Part shown: one piece after another, positions 1 to 8,059 of the stretch | Numbering within the stretch: position 1 is the first letter of the stretch | Layout of the letters: each line of letters starts with the position of its first letter | From: a virus | Lineage: Duplodnaviria; Caudoviricetes | DNA: 28,712 bases | Virus record (IMG/VR): IMGVR_UViG_3300025141_000549 | Coordinates: 1-28,712 of that record | Direction: 5' to 3' (one strand) | Notes under the pieces: model-generated | What the model saw: the letters and a program-made list of their open reading frames with translations, nothing else | Database searches by the model: none | What the model was told of the DNA's origin: nothing | Program-made: the position numbers and the translations under genes

Positions 1-471
1 TACGCTGTCGTCAATTTTCAGGGTCTGGCAGATGAGTATACCATTTTCAGTCTGTCCAATAGTACCACCGCAAACCGTATTATACGGCTAAAAAACAACT
101 TCGCAGGGGCCAGACATCGTTTTACCTGGCAGCGGTATGATGGAACCACCAGCAAGACCGCTGAAAAGGATACCGACCTGGCCACCTTCACTAACTATAT
201 TGTCACGGTGGTAGACACTGGCACGCTGGCCACTGTGTACGTGAATGGCGCAGGCGATGCCACTGGCACTGATGTGAACGTGGGTTCCATTACACTGGAT
301 CAGGCCACATTGGGTGCGCACCGTGACGGCAGTGCGGCCACAGACAGCGACAACTTAAGCAATGGATATTTGGGCGAGCTGGCAGTATTTGCAGGCGCCC
401 ACAGCACACTTGAGCGCAGGCGTCAGGAATTGCGCCTGGCGGCCATGTGGGGAATACAGCTGGTAGCTTAA
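1..471 (+). CDS. 5'-truncated tail-associated protein, LamG/concanavalin-A-like beta-sandwich C-terminus
   Basis: Frame 1 is open from base 1 to TAA at 469-471 (the track shows only 208-471). VYVNG...ITLDQATLGA...YLGELAVF...STLERRRQELRLAAMWG resembles LamG-like C-termini of phage tail proteins. Confidence 0.6.
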   Translation, partial: YAVVNFQGLADEYTIFSLSNSTTANRIIRLKNNFAGARHRFTWQRYDGTTSKTAEKDTDLATFTNYIVTVVDTGTLATVYVNGAGDATGTDVNVGSITLDQATLGAHRDGSAATDSDNLSNGYLGELAVFAGAHSTLERRRQELRLAAMWGIQLVA

Positions 472-472
472 T

Positions 473-2644
473 ATGCTTACACTATCCACGGCTAATCAGG
501 CCAACATTGAAGACAACACGCTGACGCCATCAGTCTGGGTGCGCCTGCCCAATGTGACGGGTGCCAAGTGGTCCAACCATGACCTGGACGGATATGAACC
601 ATTTCTGCATAAAATGGCACCCATAGTCAGGGAAGTGGACCCATACGGGGGCCTGGGCACTTTTGGGGGGTTCTGGTTTGAACTTCAGCGCCCACCAGGT
701 GGTTTCCTGGTCACCAGGACCAAGATTGATTTTGAAGTGGTGGAAGTGGGTGTGAAGTATGGGTCAGATGCTGAGATTGTCAGGGGCACATTTCTGGTGG
801 ACAAGGTCAGCTATGCCAAGGGCATCCTTCGGGTGGACTGCATCAACCACACTGGCATCAAGGCCCACCAGTATCCACAGACACAGGTGAACGCCACAGA
901 ATATTCCACCTACAACATCCCTGCTGAGAATGACGGGAAATGGATACCTGCCACCTTTGGGGCGCCATACAGGCCCCTGGGGCGATTGGTGGACCACGGG
1001 ATGGACAACAGGGCCAAGTGGACATTCAATGAAGCGGTGACGGGCCATGCAGCCATTGGAGCGCAGAACGGCCAGGGCTGGTGCCAGGCTGCTAAGGACT
1101 ACCTGACTGTACTGGCAGGGGAAACAGCCACCACGGGTGTCACGGCTGGATATATCGAAACAACAGACAGCAGTAAAGAGCTATTTAGCACTGACATCAT
1201 AAAACACCCATTGACTGCTGAATGGAAGGCAGGCAGAGGAACAGATGCAGAACTATCCATCAACCAGGACACCAGCGACTATGCTGAACTGGTCAACCCT
1301 GCTGCCACCAGTCCAGGTGGTAGTGACAACGGGGACCTGCTGCGCCTACGCCTGCCAGACTTTCCCTACCCCCATGGTTACCATTCCCATTCCACCTATT
1401 TCATAGGTAAAATTGAACGGTTCAGTGGACTGAACCAGGGTGGCAGAACCCTTGAACATTTTGACTATGGGGTGGAAATAGTAGATGGCACCCAGACACC
1501 AGACGCAGCTTTACGCCCCATCATCACGGGCGCTGACACAGACTTCAACAATGTGGACGGCGCTGATTCTGAAACAGATATTGGGTGGATTCCAACACCA
1601 TACCAGGAAGCCTGGTCTGATGATAATGACAAGGGAAACCTGATCTTCTCCACCAGCAGGCTGGGTGGCAGGTATATGAACATTCTGTGCTGGGAAGAAG
1701 AAGCTGCAGGGGCGCCTGATGACAGCCAGTGGTTCAAAATCTACTATGCGGCCATTGGGGTGCAGGTGTGGGTCCCCACCAAAGAAGCCAATTACCACGG
1801 TGACCTGGTAGGATTTGATGATGATGGGAGCGGCACATATACGGGAAGCGCCAACAGCCTGATTGAAACACCCTGTGATTTGCTCTATTTTCTTCTGGTG
1901 GAACTGTGGGGCCAGAGCATGAACATTGCGGCGGTGACGGCTGCCAGGACTGCCTATGGGTCATATATCCTGGGTGGCCAGCTTCTGGATCCTATCCCTG
2001 CCGAAAAACTACTGGATGAACTGGCCAGGAATGGCAAGTCTTATCTATTCATTGACGCCAATGGGGACTGGAAGCATGTTGTGTGGGAGATTCCAGGGGC
2101 CACGCCAGACAAGACTTTTGACCAGAACCACGGGGACTTCAGGACTGGTGGTGGTCTGGAAGTGTCCCTGGACCACAGTGTGTCAGACGAATTATACAAT
2201 CAATTCCACATCCTTTATGAATGGGATGAAGGGCTGGGGAAATACAACAAAACTGAATCTGTGGATGAATCGAGCGCAGCAGCAGACGGCGGGACCTGGC
2301 TGACGAACAGCCAGTCCAACTGGAATATCACCAGGAAGCTGACAGTGGAACTTCCCTGGGTGGTAGATGATGACACTGCTGACAGTTATAGAATTTTTCT
2401 AATTTACAAACACGCTGACAGGAAGCGCATTGTGACGGCCCACATGGGGTTCAACGCACTGGAAATGGAACTGGCAGACACTGTCAGATTCAGCCATACA
2501 GACCTGGATGAAACGGCCAATGGGGGCAGTGACGGCCATGACTACAACATTGTGAGCATAGAAGAAGACCTGATGGCTGGCACCATAACACTGGTGGGCT
2601 TCCAGGCTGACCTTCCTTATACTGCATTGACTGACCCAACCTAA
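473..2644 (+). CDS. Large tail tip/baseplate hub-like protein (723 aa)
   Basis: Long acidic, beta-rich ORF in the tail module. C-terminal pattern SQSNWNITRKLTVELPWV...ALEMELADTVRF resembles phage tail-tip proteins. Confidence 0.65.
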   Translation: MLTLSTANQANIEDNTLTPSVWVRLPNVTGAKWSNHDLDGYEPFLHKMAPIVREVDPYGGLGTFGGFWFELQRPPGGFLVTRTKIDFEVVEVGVKYGSDAEIVRGTFLVDKVSYAKGILRVDCINHTGIKAHQYPQTQVNATEYSTYNIPAENDGKWIPATFGAPYRPLGRLVDHGMDNRAKWTFNEAVTGHAAIGAQNGQGWCQAAKDYLTVLAGETATTGVTAGYIETTDSSKELFSTDIIKHPLTAEWKAGRGTDAELSINQDTSDYAELVNPAATSPGGSDNGDLLRLRLPDFPYPHGYHSHSTYFIGKIERFSGLNQGGRTLEHFDYGVEIVDGTQTPDAALRPIITGADTDFNNVDGADSETDIGWIPTPYQEAWSDDNDKGNLIFSTSRLGGRYMNILCWEEEAAGAPDDSQWFKIYYAAIGVQVWVPTKEANYHGDLVGFDDDGSGTYTGSANSLIETPCDLLYFLLVELWGQSMNIAAVTAARTAYGSYILGGQLLDPIPAEKLLDELARNGKSYLFIDANGDWKHVVWEIPGATPDKTFDQNHGDFRTGGGLEVSLDHSVSDELYNQFHILYEWDEGLGKYNKTESVDESSAAADGGTWLTNSQSNWNITRKLTVELPWVVDDDTADSYRIFLIYKHADRKRIVTAHMGFNALEMELADTVRFSHTDLDETANGGSDGHDYNIVSIEEDLMAGTITLVGFQADLPYTALTDPT

Positions 2645-2656
2645 AGGACCAGCCCC

Positions 2657-3427
2657 ATGGCAAATCTACCAGTAAAAGACCAAGCAGCAGCCACTAAATA
2701 CCTGAAGACGTCTGGCGCAGGCACTGACGGTGACCCACATATCCCAGAACACCTGGAAACGAACAGCGCAGCCATCCTGACGGCCCTGCAGATCATTGAC
2801 AACATAGTCAGTGGCAGTGAAGCCCAGGTGGATGTGGTGGCTTCCCTGCCTGCTGGAACCAATGCCATAGGTAAGCTGGCAGCCAATAGTGGTGTAGATA
2901 TTGGTGACGTGGACGTCCTGTCCAGCGCACTGCCATCTGGTGCAGCCACTGAAGCCACCCTGGCTGCCCTGGAAGAAACCGTGGAACCCGTCAAGGCATC
3001 CACAGACATCACGGTGACAGCAGACCTGCAGGTGGCTGGGGAAGTGCTTTTTGACACCACAGCAGTGGCCCTGGCCAAGGCGGTCAGTGAAGTGGGTGAA
3101 CTTATCAGCATCAACCTGGTCTTCCTGACGGACCAGGCATTTGACTTTGACCTGTATGTCCTGAACACGTCAACAACTATCGGGGCAGCAGGTGGCGCCC
3201 CAACAATCACTGCAGCCAACCTTCAGCCATTGATAGTGGCTGACTGGAAGGTCAAGTCTGGAGCATTCACAAATCCAGTCACTGGCCTTTACAGCGTGAC
3301 CCTGCCATTGATGGGGCTGCCCTATGTGGCCAAGACGGCTGAACAGAACATCCACCTGGCTGCTGTTACCAGAAGCGCCACCACGCCCACAGACACCACT
3401 GTGAAGTCTACGGTTTTTGGTAAATAA
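2657..3427 (+). CDS. Putative virion structural/tail protein
   Basis: AAAGGA RBS. Ala/Thr/Val-rich, with SLPAGTNAIGKLAANSGVDIGDVDV, a motif recurrent in phage structural proteins. Confidence 0.55.
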   Translation: MANLPVKDQAAATKYLKTSGAGTDGDPHIPEHLETNSAAILTALQIIDNIVSGSEAQVDVVASLPAGTNAIGKLAANSGVDIGDVDVLSSALPSGAATEATLAALEETVEPVKASTDITVTADLQVAGEVLFDTTAVALAKAVSEVGELISINLVFLTDQAFDFDLYVLNTSTTIGAAGGAPTITAANLQPLIVADWKVKSGAFTNPVTGLYSVTLPLMGLPYVAKTAEQNIHLAAVTRSATTPTDTTVKSTVFGK

Positions 3428-3438
3428 GGGGAAGCACC

Positions 3439-4506
3439 ATGGCAATGCAGAAGCAGGGAAGTGGACTGGTCAGGGGCTATGACCTGGACGGTATTATTGA
3501 CACCCTGGGTGAAGACACAGACATCAGCAGTTTCACGGCGGGGGACCTTCTGAAGGCCAATGACGGCACCACCCTGGGGAAGCTGGCTATAGGGGCAGAA
3601 GGTGAAGTCCTGACGGTCAGTGGTGGCGTCCCTGCTTGGGTGGCTGCTGCTGGTGGGGGTAATTTTATTGCCAGTGATGGGACCACGGTGATAGGCGCAG
3701 GTGACGCAGTGGCCCTTGACCATGCAGATGGACCAGGTACCACCGTTTTGACATTAAATGCTGATGGTGATGGTGGGACTACTGATTCTGATGCCATCTT
3801 CAGGCTGAGAAATGTCAACGACTCTTACCCAGGGGACCTGTTCGCAATAGGGGCTGAGCACGTAGGCAGTTCAAGTTATAGTTACGGCTTCACAGAATAC
3901 AGAGGGATCCACCAGGGCACTGGGGCAACCCTGGCCGCGATCCGGATCGGGCTAACCTCTGCAGCATTCAATCGACTTGAAATAACAGGCGCTAGTACCA
4001 TAGACTTCAACGCCACTGTAATGGCATCTAATTATCAACTTGGCTCTGGGACAACTTTTACTGGGTACAATGAAGGACAAGGTGGTAGCAGTACTGGCAC
4101 GGTTAGGATTTATTCTGGCTTTGGCGGCGGTGATGTAGCACTTGGCACAGCATCAGGCCCTGATGATATATGGAGCCTGGAGAACCACAAATTTAGCAGT
4201 ACACTGGAGCAGGACGTCAATGACGCTGGTGTGGCTGCCAGATTCAATCAGCAGGGTGCTGGTGGCATTTTAGAAGTAGAAGACAATGGGACCACTGCAT
4301 TTCTGGTGGATGCCAACGGCAGCACCAGGGCAGGGAAGGCATCCCTGGCCACCACGGCCACTGATGGGTTTTTATATATCCCATCCTGTGCAGGTGCGCC
4401 CACAGGGGTCCCATCAACAGTGACGGGAATGCTTCCCCTGGTAGTGGATGACACAAGCAACCAGTTGTATTTCTATGATGGCGCCAGTTGGGTGGCTGTC
4501 AATTAG
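3439..4506 (+). CDS. Tail fibre / receptor-binding-like protein
   Basis: GGGGA RBS. Fibre motifs GDLLKANDGTTLGKLAIGAEGEVLTVSGGVPAW and C-terminal DDTSNQLYFYDGASW; Gly/Thr/Ala-rich. Confidence 0.65.
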   Translation: MAMQKQGSGLVRGYDLDGIIDTLGEDTDISSFTAGDLLKANDGTTLGKLAIGAEGEVLTVSGGVPAWVAAAGGGNFIASDGTTVIGAGDAVALDHADGPGTTVLTLNADGDGGTTDSDAIFRLRNVNDSYPGDLFAIGAEHVGSSSYSYGFTEYRGIHQGTGATLAAIRIGLTSAAFNRLEITGASTIDFNATVMASNYQLGSGTTFTGYNEGQGGSSTGTVRIYSGFGGGDVALGTASGPDDIWSLENHKFSSTLEQDVNDAGVAARFNQQGAGGILEVEDNGTTAFLVDANGSTRAGKASLATTATDGFLYIPSCAGAPTGVPSTVTGMLPLVVDDTSNQLYFYDGASWVAVN

Positions 4507-4519
4507 GGAGAATAAGACC

Positions 4520-4900
4520 ATGCCACAATATCAGAAGTTATCCCAGGGCGCCTATGGCACAGGGGGCAGCATAGCCTATAACCAGCCGGAAACGGTGGAC
4601 ATCAGGACCCAGGAACAGGTAGACCTGGGGGAACCTGAAATCCCTGAAATCAGATATTACTGCACAGCCAGTGTAAGCGTGGAAGTGGTATTTGACACTG
4701 GAAAGGAAATCCTGCGCCAGGCTGAACGGGTGCGCCTGGTGGGTGAAGACGGAAAGGACTACAAAACAGGATCCTGGACGGCTGAAGACATTGCCAAGGC
4801 AGTAGGTCAGGCGGTCCTGGACGCAGATACCCAGTTGAAGGATAATTGGGGAAACGGTGACCCTGTGAACCATGGCAGCGCCACCACTATAATTTCATAG
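4520..4900 (+). CDS. Hypothetical protein (possible fibre-associated)
   Basis: Start moved from track 4448 to ATG 4520, which follows a GGGAG RBS directly after the fibre stop. Confidence 0.6.
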   Translation: MPQYQKLSQGAYGTGGSIAYNQPETVDIRTQEQVDLGEPEIPEIRYYCTASVSVEVVFDTGKEILRQAERVRLVGEDGKDYKTGSWTAEDIAKAVGQAVLDADTQLKDNWGNGDPVNHGSATTIIS

Positions 4901-4910
4901 GGGGCAGAAG

Positions 4911-5264
4911 GTGAAATTGGAAGCCAAGCCAGACTTTAGCAATGTGGTGATTATTCCCATGGATGACGCAGACCTGCGCACCATGAAGAAGGGCGCCATG
5001 GCCATAGGCAAGCTGCAATTAGAACTGGGGAAGGTTCAGGCCAGGATAGACGCTGAAACCATGAAACTGAGAGAAGCAGAAGACAGACTGAGACAGACCC
5101 ACTGCCTGCATGGTCTGGACCAGATAAGCGTGGAACAGGAAGTGGCCATTAGATTTGAGAAGCCACCACCTGGGCGCCAAGCAGGCCCACCCAGGGAACA
5201 GTTGGCCACTGGATCAACCAATGGTGCAGTGGAAGACCCAGAACTGGGGAAGAAGAAATCATGA
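4911..5264 (+). CDS. Hypothetical coiled-coil protein
   Basis: GTG start after GGGGG. Central heptad-like helix; stop overlaps the next ATG (ATGA). Confidence 0.6.
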   Translation: MKLEAKPDFSNVVIIPMDDADLRTMKKGAMAIGKLQLELGKVQARIDAETMKLREAEDRLRQTHCLHGLDQISVEQEVAIRFEKPPPGRQAGPPREQLATGSTNGAVEDPELGKKKS

Positions 5265-5668
5265 AGGACTACCTGGTCTTGGTGGTAGAAGACGACATGC
5301 CCCAGGCCCTGGTCATTAAGCGCCTGATAGAAAAGTCAGGTGCAGACCTGGTGTCTGTGGACATTGCGGATTCCCTGGAAGCAGCCAGGCGCCTGATGGC
5401 GGTGAAGGAATATGGGGCAGTGTCCCTGGACTTAGGACTTTCTGAGAGTACGGGCACCATGACGTTTCAGGCGATACGGGCCATATCCAGTGCATATATC
5501 GTGGTGTTTTCTGGCCAGGAGAAAGAACTACAGAAGGTTTCTGCATTGCATGATGAACGGGCTGTGGTTATTCGGAAGCCAGACAGTGTCAGCGCAGCCA
5601 GGCACATAGTGGACCAGGTGGCCACAGAATCAGTGGCAGGGGCTTTATTGTTTGGGGCTGCGGGATGA
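5261..5668 (+). CDS. Single-domain response regulator (CheY-like receiver, no output domain)
   Basis: VLVVEDD (E10-D12), phospho-acceptor D57 in VSLDLGL, S84 in IVVFSG, K106-P107. ATGA overlaps with both neighbours. Confidence 0.88.
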   Translation: MKDYLVLVVEDDMPQALVIKRLIEKSGADLVSVDIADSLEAARRLMAVKEYGAVSLDLGLSESTGTMTFQAIRAISSAYIVVFSGQEKELQKVSALHDERAVVIRKPDSVSAARHIVDQVATESVAGALLFGAAG

Positions 5669-6153
5669 CATGCGATGCAGGTGAAAGGCGGCCCAAAAAA
5701 TCTGAGTCTGGGGAATTAATCAGCCAACTGGTTAATAGTTACGGCAAAGAAGTCAAAGACATGCAGAAGGCCCTGGCAGACGGGAAGACGGCCAGGGAAT
5801 TAATGGAAGGCAGGCTGGCAGATTTGGAAGGCAGACTAAATGGCTTCCTGCGCCAGTGGGATGGGGACGGCGCCAACAGTGATGGATGGCGGGACCTGCT
5901 GCGCCAATTAGACGTGGACAGGAAGAAGGACCTGGAAGATGACTGGGCGAAGACCAGGGCCAGGCTGGAGCGCATAAAAGTCATCATGGACAAAGAAGGT
6001 GGAATGGATGCGATATACTACGCCAAAGAACTAAAGGGTGCCCAGACAAAAATGGTAGTGGACAGGATCAAATTTACCCTGGTGATGCTGGGCACTTTGG
6101 GTGGTGTCCTGACGGTCCTGGCTGCTCTGTATTCAGCGCTTGTTCCTGAGTAG
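5665..6153 (+). CDS. Coiled-coil protein with C-terminal TM helix (holin-like)
   Basis: Charged helical body, then a hydrophobic stretch FTLVMLGTLGGVLTVLAALYSALV. Sits at the end of the late operon. Confidence 0.5.
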   Translation: MTCDAGERRPKKSESGELISQLVNSYGKEVKDMQKALADGKTARELMEGRLADLEGRLNGFLRQWDGDGANSDGWRDLLRQLDVDRKKDLEDDWAKTRARLERIKVIMDKEGGMDAIYYAKELKGAQTKMVVDRIKFTLVMLGTLGGVLTVLAALYSALVPE

Positions 6154-6159
6154 GGTCAC

Positions 6160-6432
6160 ATGAAGACCACATTTTACGTCTTGGGCATCTTAGTGGTCAG
6201 GGCGGTCCTGGTGAAGGCTGGGTTGGAGATTTTACCCTGGGACGTCATCCAGCCACTTCTGCAACAGATTATAGGGGAAGTTGATGTGGGCCAAATGATA
6301 AACACTACCCTGGCTGGATACCTGGCAGGCTCGACACTGCACAGGCAGCCCAAGTATGCAGCCAAGGCAGTGGTCAACCAGCATCTTCCCAATGCGGTGG
6401 CCACCATCAGGAACCTGTGGCGCAGGAATTAG
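6160..6432 (+). CDS. Small membrane protein, holin candidate
   Basis: Hydrophobic N-terminus (FYVLGILVVRAVLVKAGLEILPW), second weak hydrophobic segment, basic C-terminus (IRNLWRRN). Confidence 0.5.
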   Translation: MKTTFYVLGILVVRAVLVKAGLEILPWDVIQPLLQQIIGEVDVGQMINTTLAGYLAGSTLHRQPKYAAKAVVNQHLPNAVATIRNLWRRN

Positions 6433-6674
6433 TCCTGCTGTGAGCAGAAACGACACACCAGGAATGCCAGGCGGTCTTCCATCATCACCCTTCCACATGT
6501 GGGGCACCTGGGCACCCCATGCCCAGATTCCATGTCCTCTAATATCCTGCGCAGCCCTTCCTTCTGCGATTCCAGACCCATTAATTGGGCAGGACTTCCC
6601 ATACTATCATTTGACGGGTGGGCTTCTTCCAGTGCCTTCATTATGTCCAATATACGTTCAACTGTAATATTCAC
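6429..6674 (-). CDS. Hypothetical protein with C-terminal zinc ribbon
   Basis: GTG start after GAAGAAGGG. CPTC...CRFC; converges on the late operon with overlapping stops. Confidence 0.6.
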   Translation of the reverse strand: MNITVERILDIMKALEEAHPSNDSMGSPAQLMGLESQKEGLRRILEDMESGHGVPRCPTCGRVMMEDRLAFLVCRFCSQQD

Positions 6675-6693
6675 GGTGTGCCCTTCTTCCTGA

Positions 6694-6779
6694 ATAAGTG
6701 AAGGCCCTGGGTGGTGTGGCGCTCTACCACTGTGGTTATCAAAACCAGGGAACGGTGCCCACCCAGGGCGCTTACTTAT
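6694..6779 (-). other. Intergenic structured element (long stem with internal hairpins)
   Basis: Perfect 11-bp inverted repeat GCCCTGGGTGG (6704-6714)/CCACCCAGGGC (6759-6769), extended by ATAAGT/ACTTAT. Internal GTGG/CCAC and TGGTT/AACCA hairpins. Confidence 0.6.
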
Positions 6780-7264
6780 CTTTTTGGTGCCAGCAATGAC
6801 ATCATGTCTGGGACCTGAACACCAGCATTAATGAAGTCCACTTCCAGAAACATGGACGGGTTGATGGTTCCTGGGACTGTTTCCCTGAGTGCGTGGACAC
6901 GGCCCAGTAGGGCGGCCAAGGTGTTTTTACTACCAACAACACCCCAGTGGCCACTTACCCAGCCAAGGTCTTTCCCAGGTGCCACGCAGCCCAGCAGGTC
7001 CTTCATGGTGTTCCCCGCATGCACTTTTATCAGGGAGCGCCCAGGCACTTCCAGGATGTGTAAGCATTCATAGCCACCCCTGTTGTAGGTATCAAGAACA
7101 ATAGAATACCTGCCCTCTGGGATGCAGGATTCCCTGGGAAGGTTCAGCGCCCAGGGACGTTCTACTGTGTAGCATTCGAATTCTTCCATTTGCCAGCGCC
7201 CGAAGGTCCCCATTGGGGTATAGGCGAATCTTTCCAACCTGAATGTCAATTCGTCTTCTTTCAT
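6776..7264 (-). CDS. DUF5675-like protein (putative L,D-carboxy/transpeptidase-type cell-wall enzyme)
   Basis: Signature GTFG...CYTVERPW...SCIPEGRY...VPGRSLIKVHAGNT..DLLGCVAPG. Start reassigned to ATG 7264 after GAAGGAAGGG. Confidence 0.75.
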   Translation of the reverse strand: MKEDELTFRLERFAYTPMGTFGRWQMEEFECYTVERPWALNLPRESCIPEGRYSIVLDTYNRGGYECLHILEVPGRSLIKVHAGNTMKDLLGCVAPGKDLGWVSGHWGVVGSKNTLAALLGRVHALRETVPGTINPSMFLEVDFINAGVQVPDMMSLLAPKR

Positions 7265-7266
7265 GA

Positions 7267-7620
7267 CTACCCCTTCCTTCGTTTGTTCCCCAAGTGCCAA
7301 CCGTCACAGACTTTGCACTTGTAGACGTCCAGCCCTGGTGATGAATTGCGCCTGGCATGCCTGGCGCTTCCCCTGGTTGGGAACCAGGCCTTGCGCCTGC
7401 AGCTTCGGTAGATAAAATCTTCATTTCTCTGGTAGGCGGTCCCTGTCGGTCCCCCTGTCACTTCCAGTGCCACCATGGTCCCAGGCATGGGCTGGTTGGT
7501 TTTTCTACTCTTAGCCTTCGCAATGGCCCCAGATGGGTCCTGGGCTGTATAGGTCCCCAATAATTCACTGGGGTGCCCTGGATGGCTTCCAAATACATCA
7601 AATTTAGGAATGGCGCCCAT
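7267..7620 (-). CDS. Hypothetical protein with C-terminal Zn-binding motif
   Basis: ATG 7620 after AGGAAGG. C-x-x-K...YKCKVCDGWHL pattern typical of small phage Zn proteins. Confidence 0.55.
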   Translation of the reverse strand: MGAIPKFDVFGSHPGHPSELLGTYTAQDPSGAIAKAKSRKTNQPMPGTMVALEVTGGPTGTAYQRNEDFIYRSCRRKAWFPTRGSARHARRNSSPGLDVYKCKVCDGWHLGNKRRKG

Positions 7621-7735
7621 CCTTCCTGCCCAGTACCTTCTTCCTAAAAGCGCAGATGATACATTCACCACCCCTGTGCTTGGTCTTCCTTCTACAGACT
7701 CCACAGGGCCTGCGTTTCTTTTCTAAACGTTTCAT
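7604..7735 (-). CDS. Small basic Zn-finger protein (43 aa)
   Basis: ATG 7735 overlaps the upstream stop (ATGA). CGVC...CIIC, Lys/Arg-rich. Confidence 0.5.
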   Translation of the reverse strand: MKRLEKKRRPCGVCRRKTKHRGGECIICAFRKKVLGRKDGRHS

Positions 7736-7926
7736 GGCAGCATCCCCTTCCAGTGCATAACTTCCACGGCCAGCTTCATGGCCCGATAGTGAGCCACCCA
7801 GATGTGGCCCATGATATAGATGGCGGCAGTGACACACAGGGCATATGCTATCTGGTCAGGCATCCTGGCCAGTCTTCTGCGCCATTTATCCCTGGTGTAT
7901 AGGTCTATCCTTCTGGCGTACTTCAT
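7732..7926 (-). CDS. Small membrane protein (64 aa)
   Basis: ATG 7926 after AGGGG. One TM-like stretch IAYALCVTAAIYIMGHIWV. Shorter than the track call 7732-8052. Confidence 0.5.
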   Translation of the reverse strand: MKYARRIDLYTRDKWRRRLARMPDQIAYALCVTAAIYIMGHIWVAHYRAMKLAVEVMHWKGMLP

Positions 7927-8059
7927 AGGCACCCCTACAGATTCTGGCCAGGTCATCTGACCAATTCTGGCCACGGGCCTGCTGGAGGACCCAGACCACC
8001 ACTTCAATGTCTGGGTGTCCTTCGGCACGGGCCTGTTGTAATATGGATTCAAGGTTCAT
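7886..8059 (-). CDS. Hypothetical protein, 57 aa (not in ORF track)
   Basis: ATG overlaps the RecT stop (TGATG). Reads MNLESILQQARAEGHPDIEVVVWVLQQARGQNWSDDLARICRGAYEVRQKDRPIHQG, with genome-typical codons. Confidence 0.55.
   Translation of the reverse strand: MNLESILQQARAEGHPDIEVVVWVLQQARGQNWSDDLARICRGAYEVRQKDRPIHQG

Noticed and set aside
1-4506. Diversity-generating retroelement target in the tail genes
   Set aside because: No reverse transcriptase and no adenine-specific template/variable repeat pair seen in the window.
6718-6732. Minus-strand CAGTGGTAGAGCGCC resembles a tRNA D-arm
   Set aside because: No T-loop (GTTCRA), anticodon arm or acceptor stem at the right spacing; not a tRNA.
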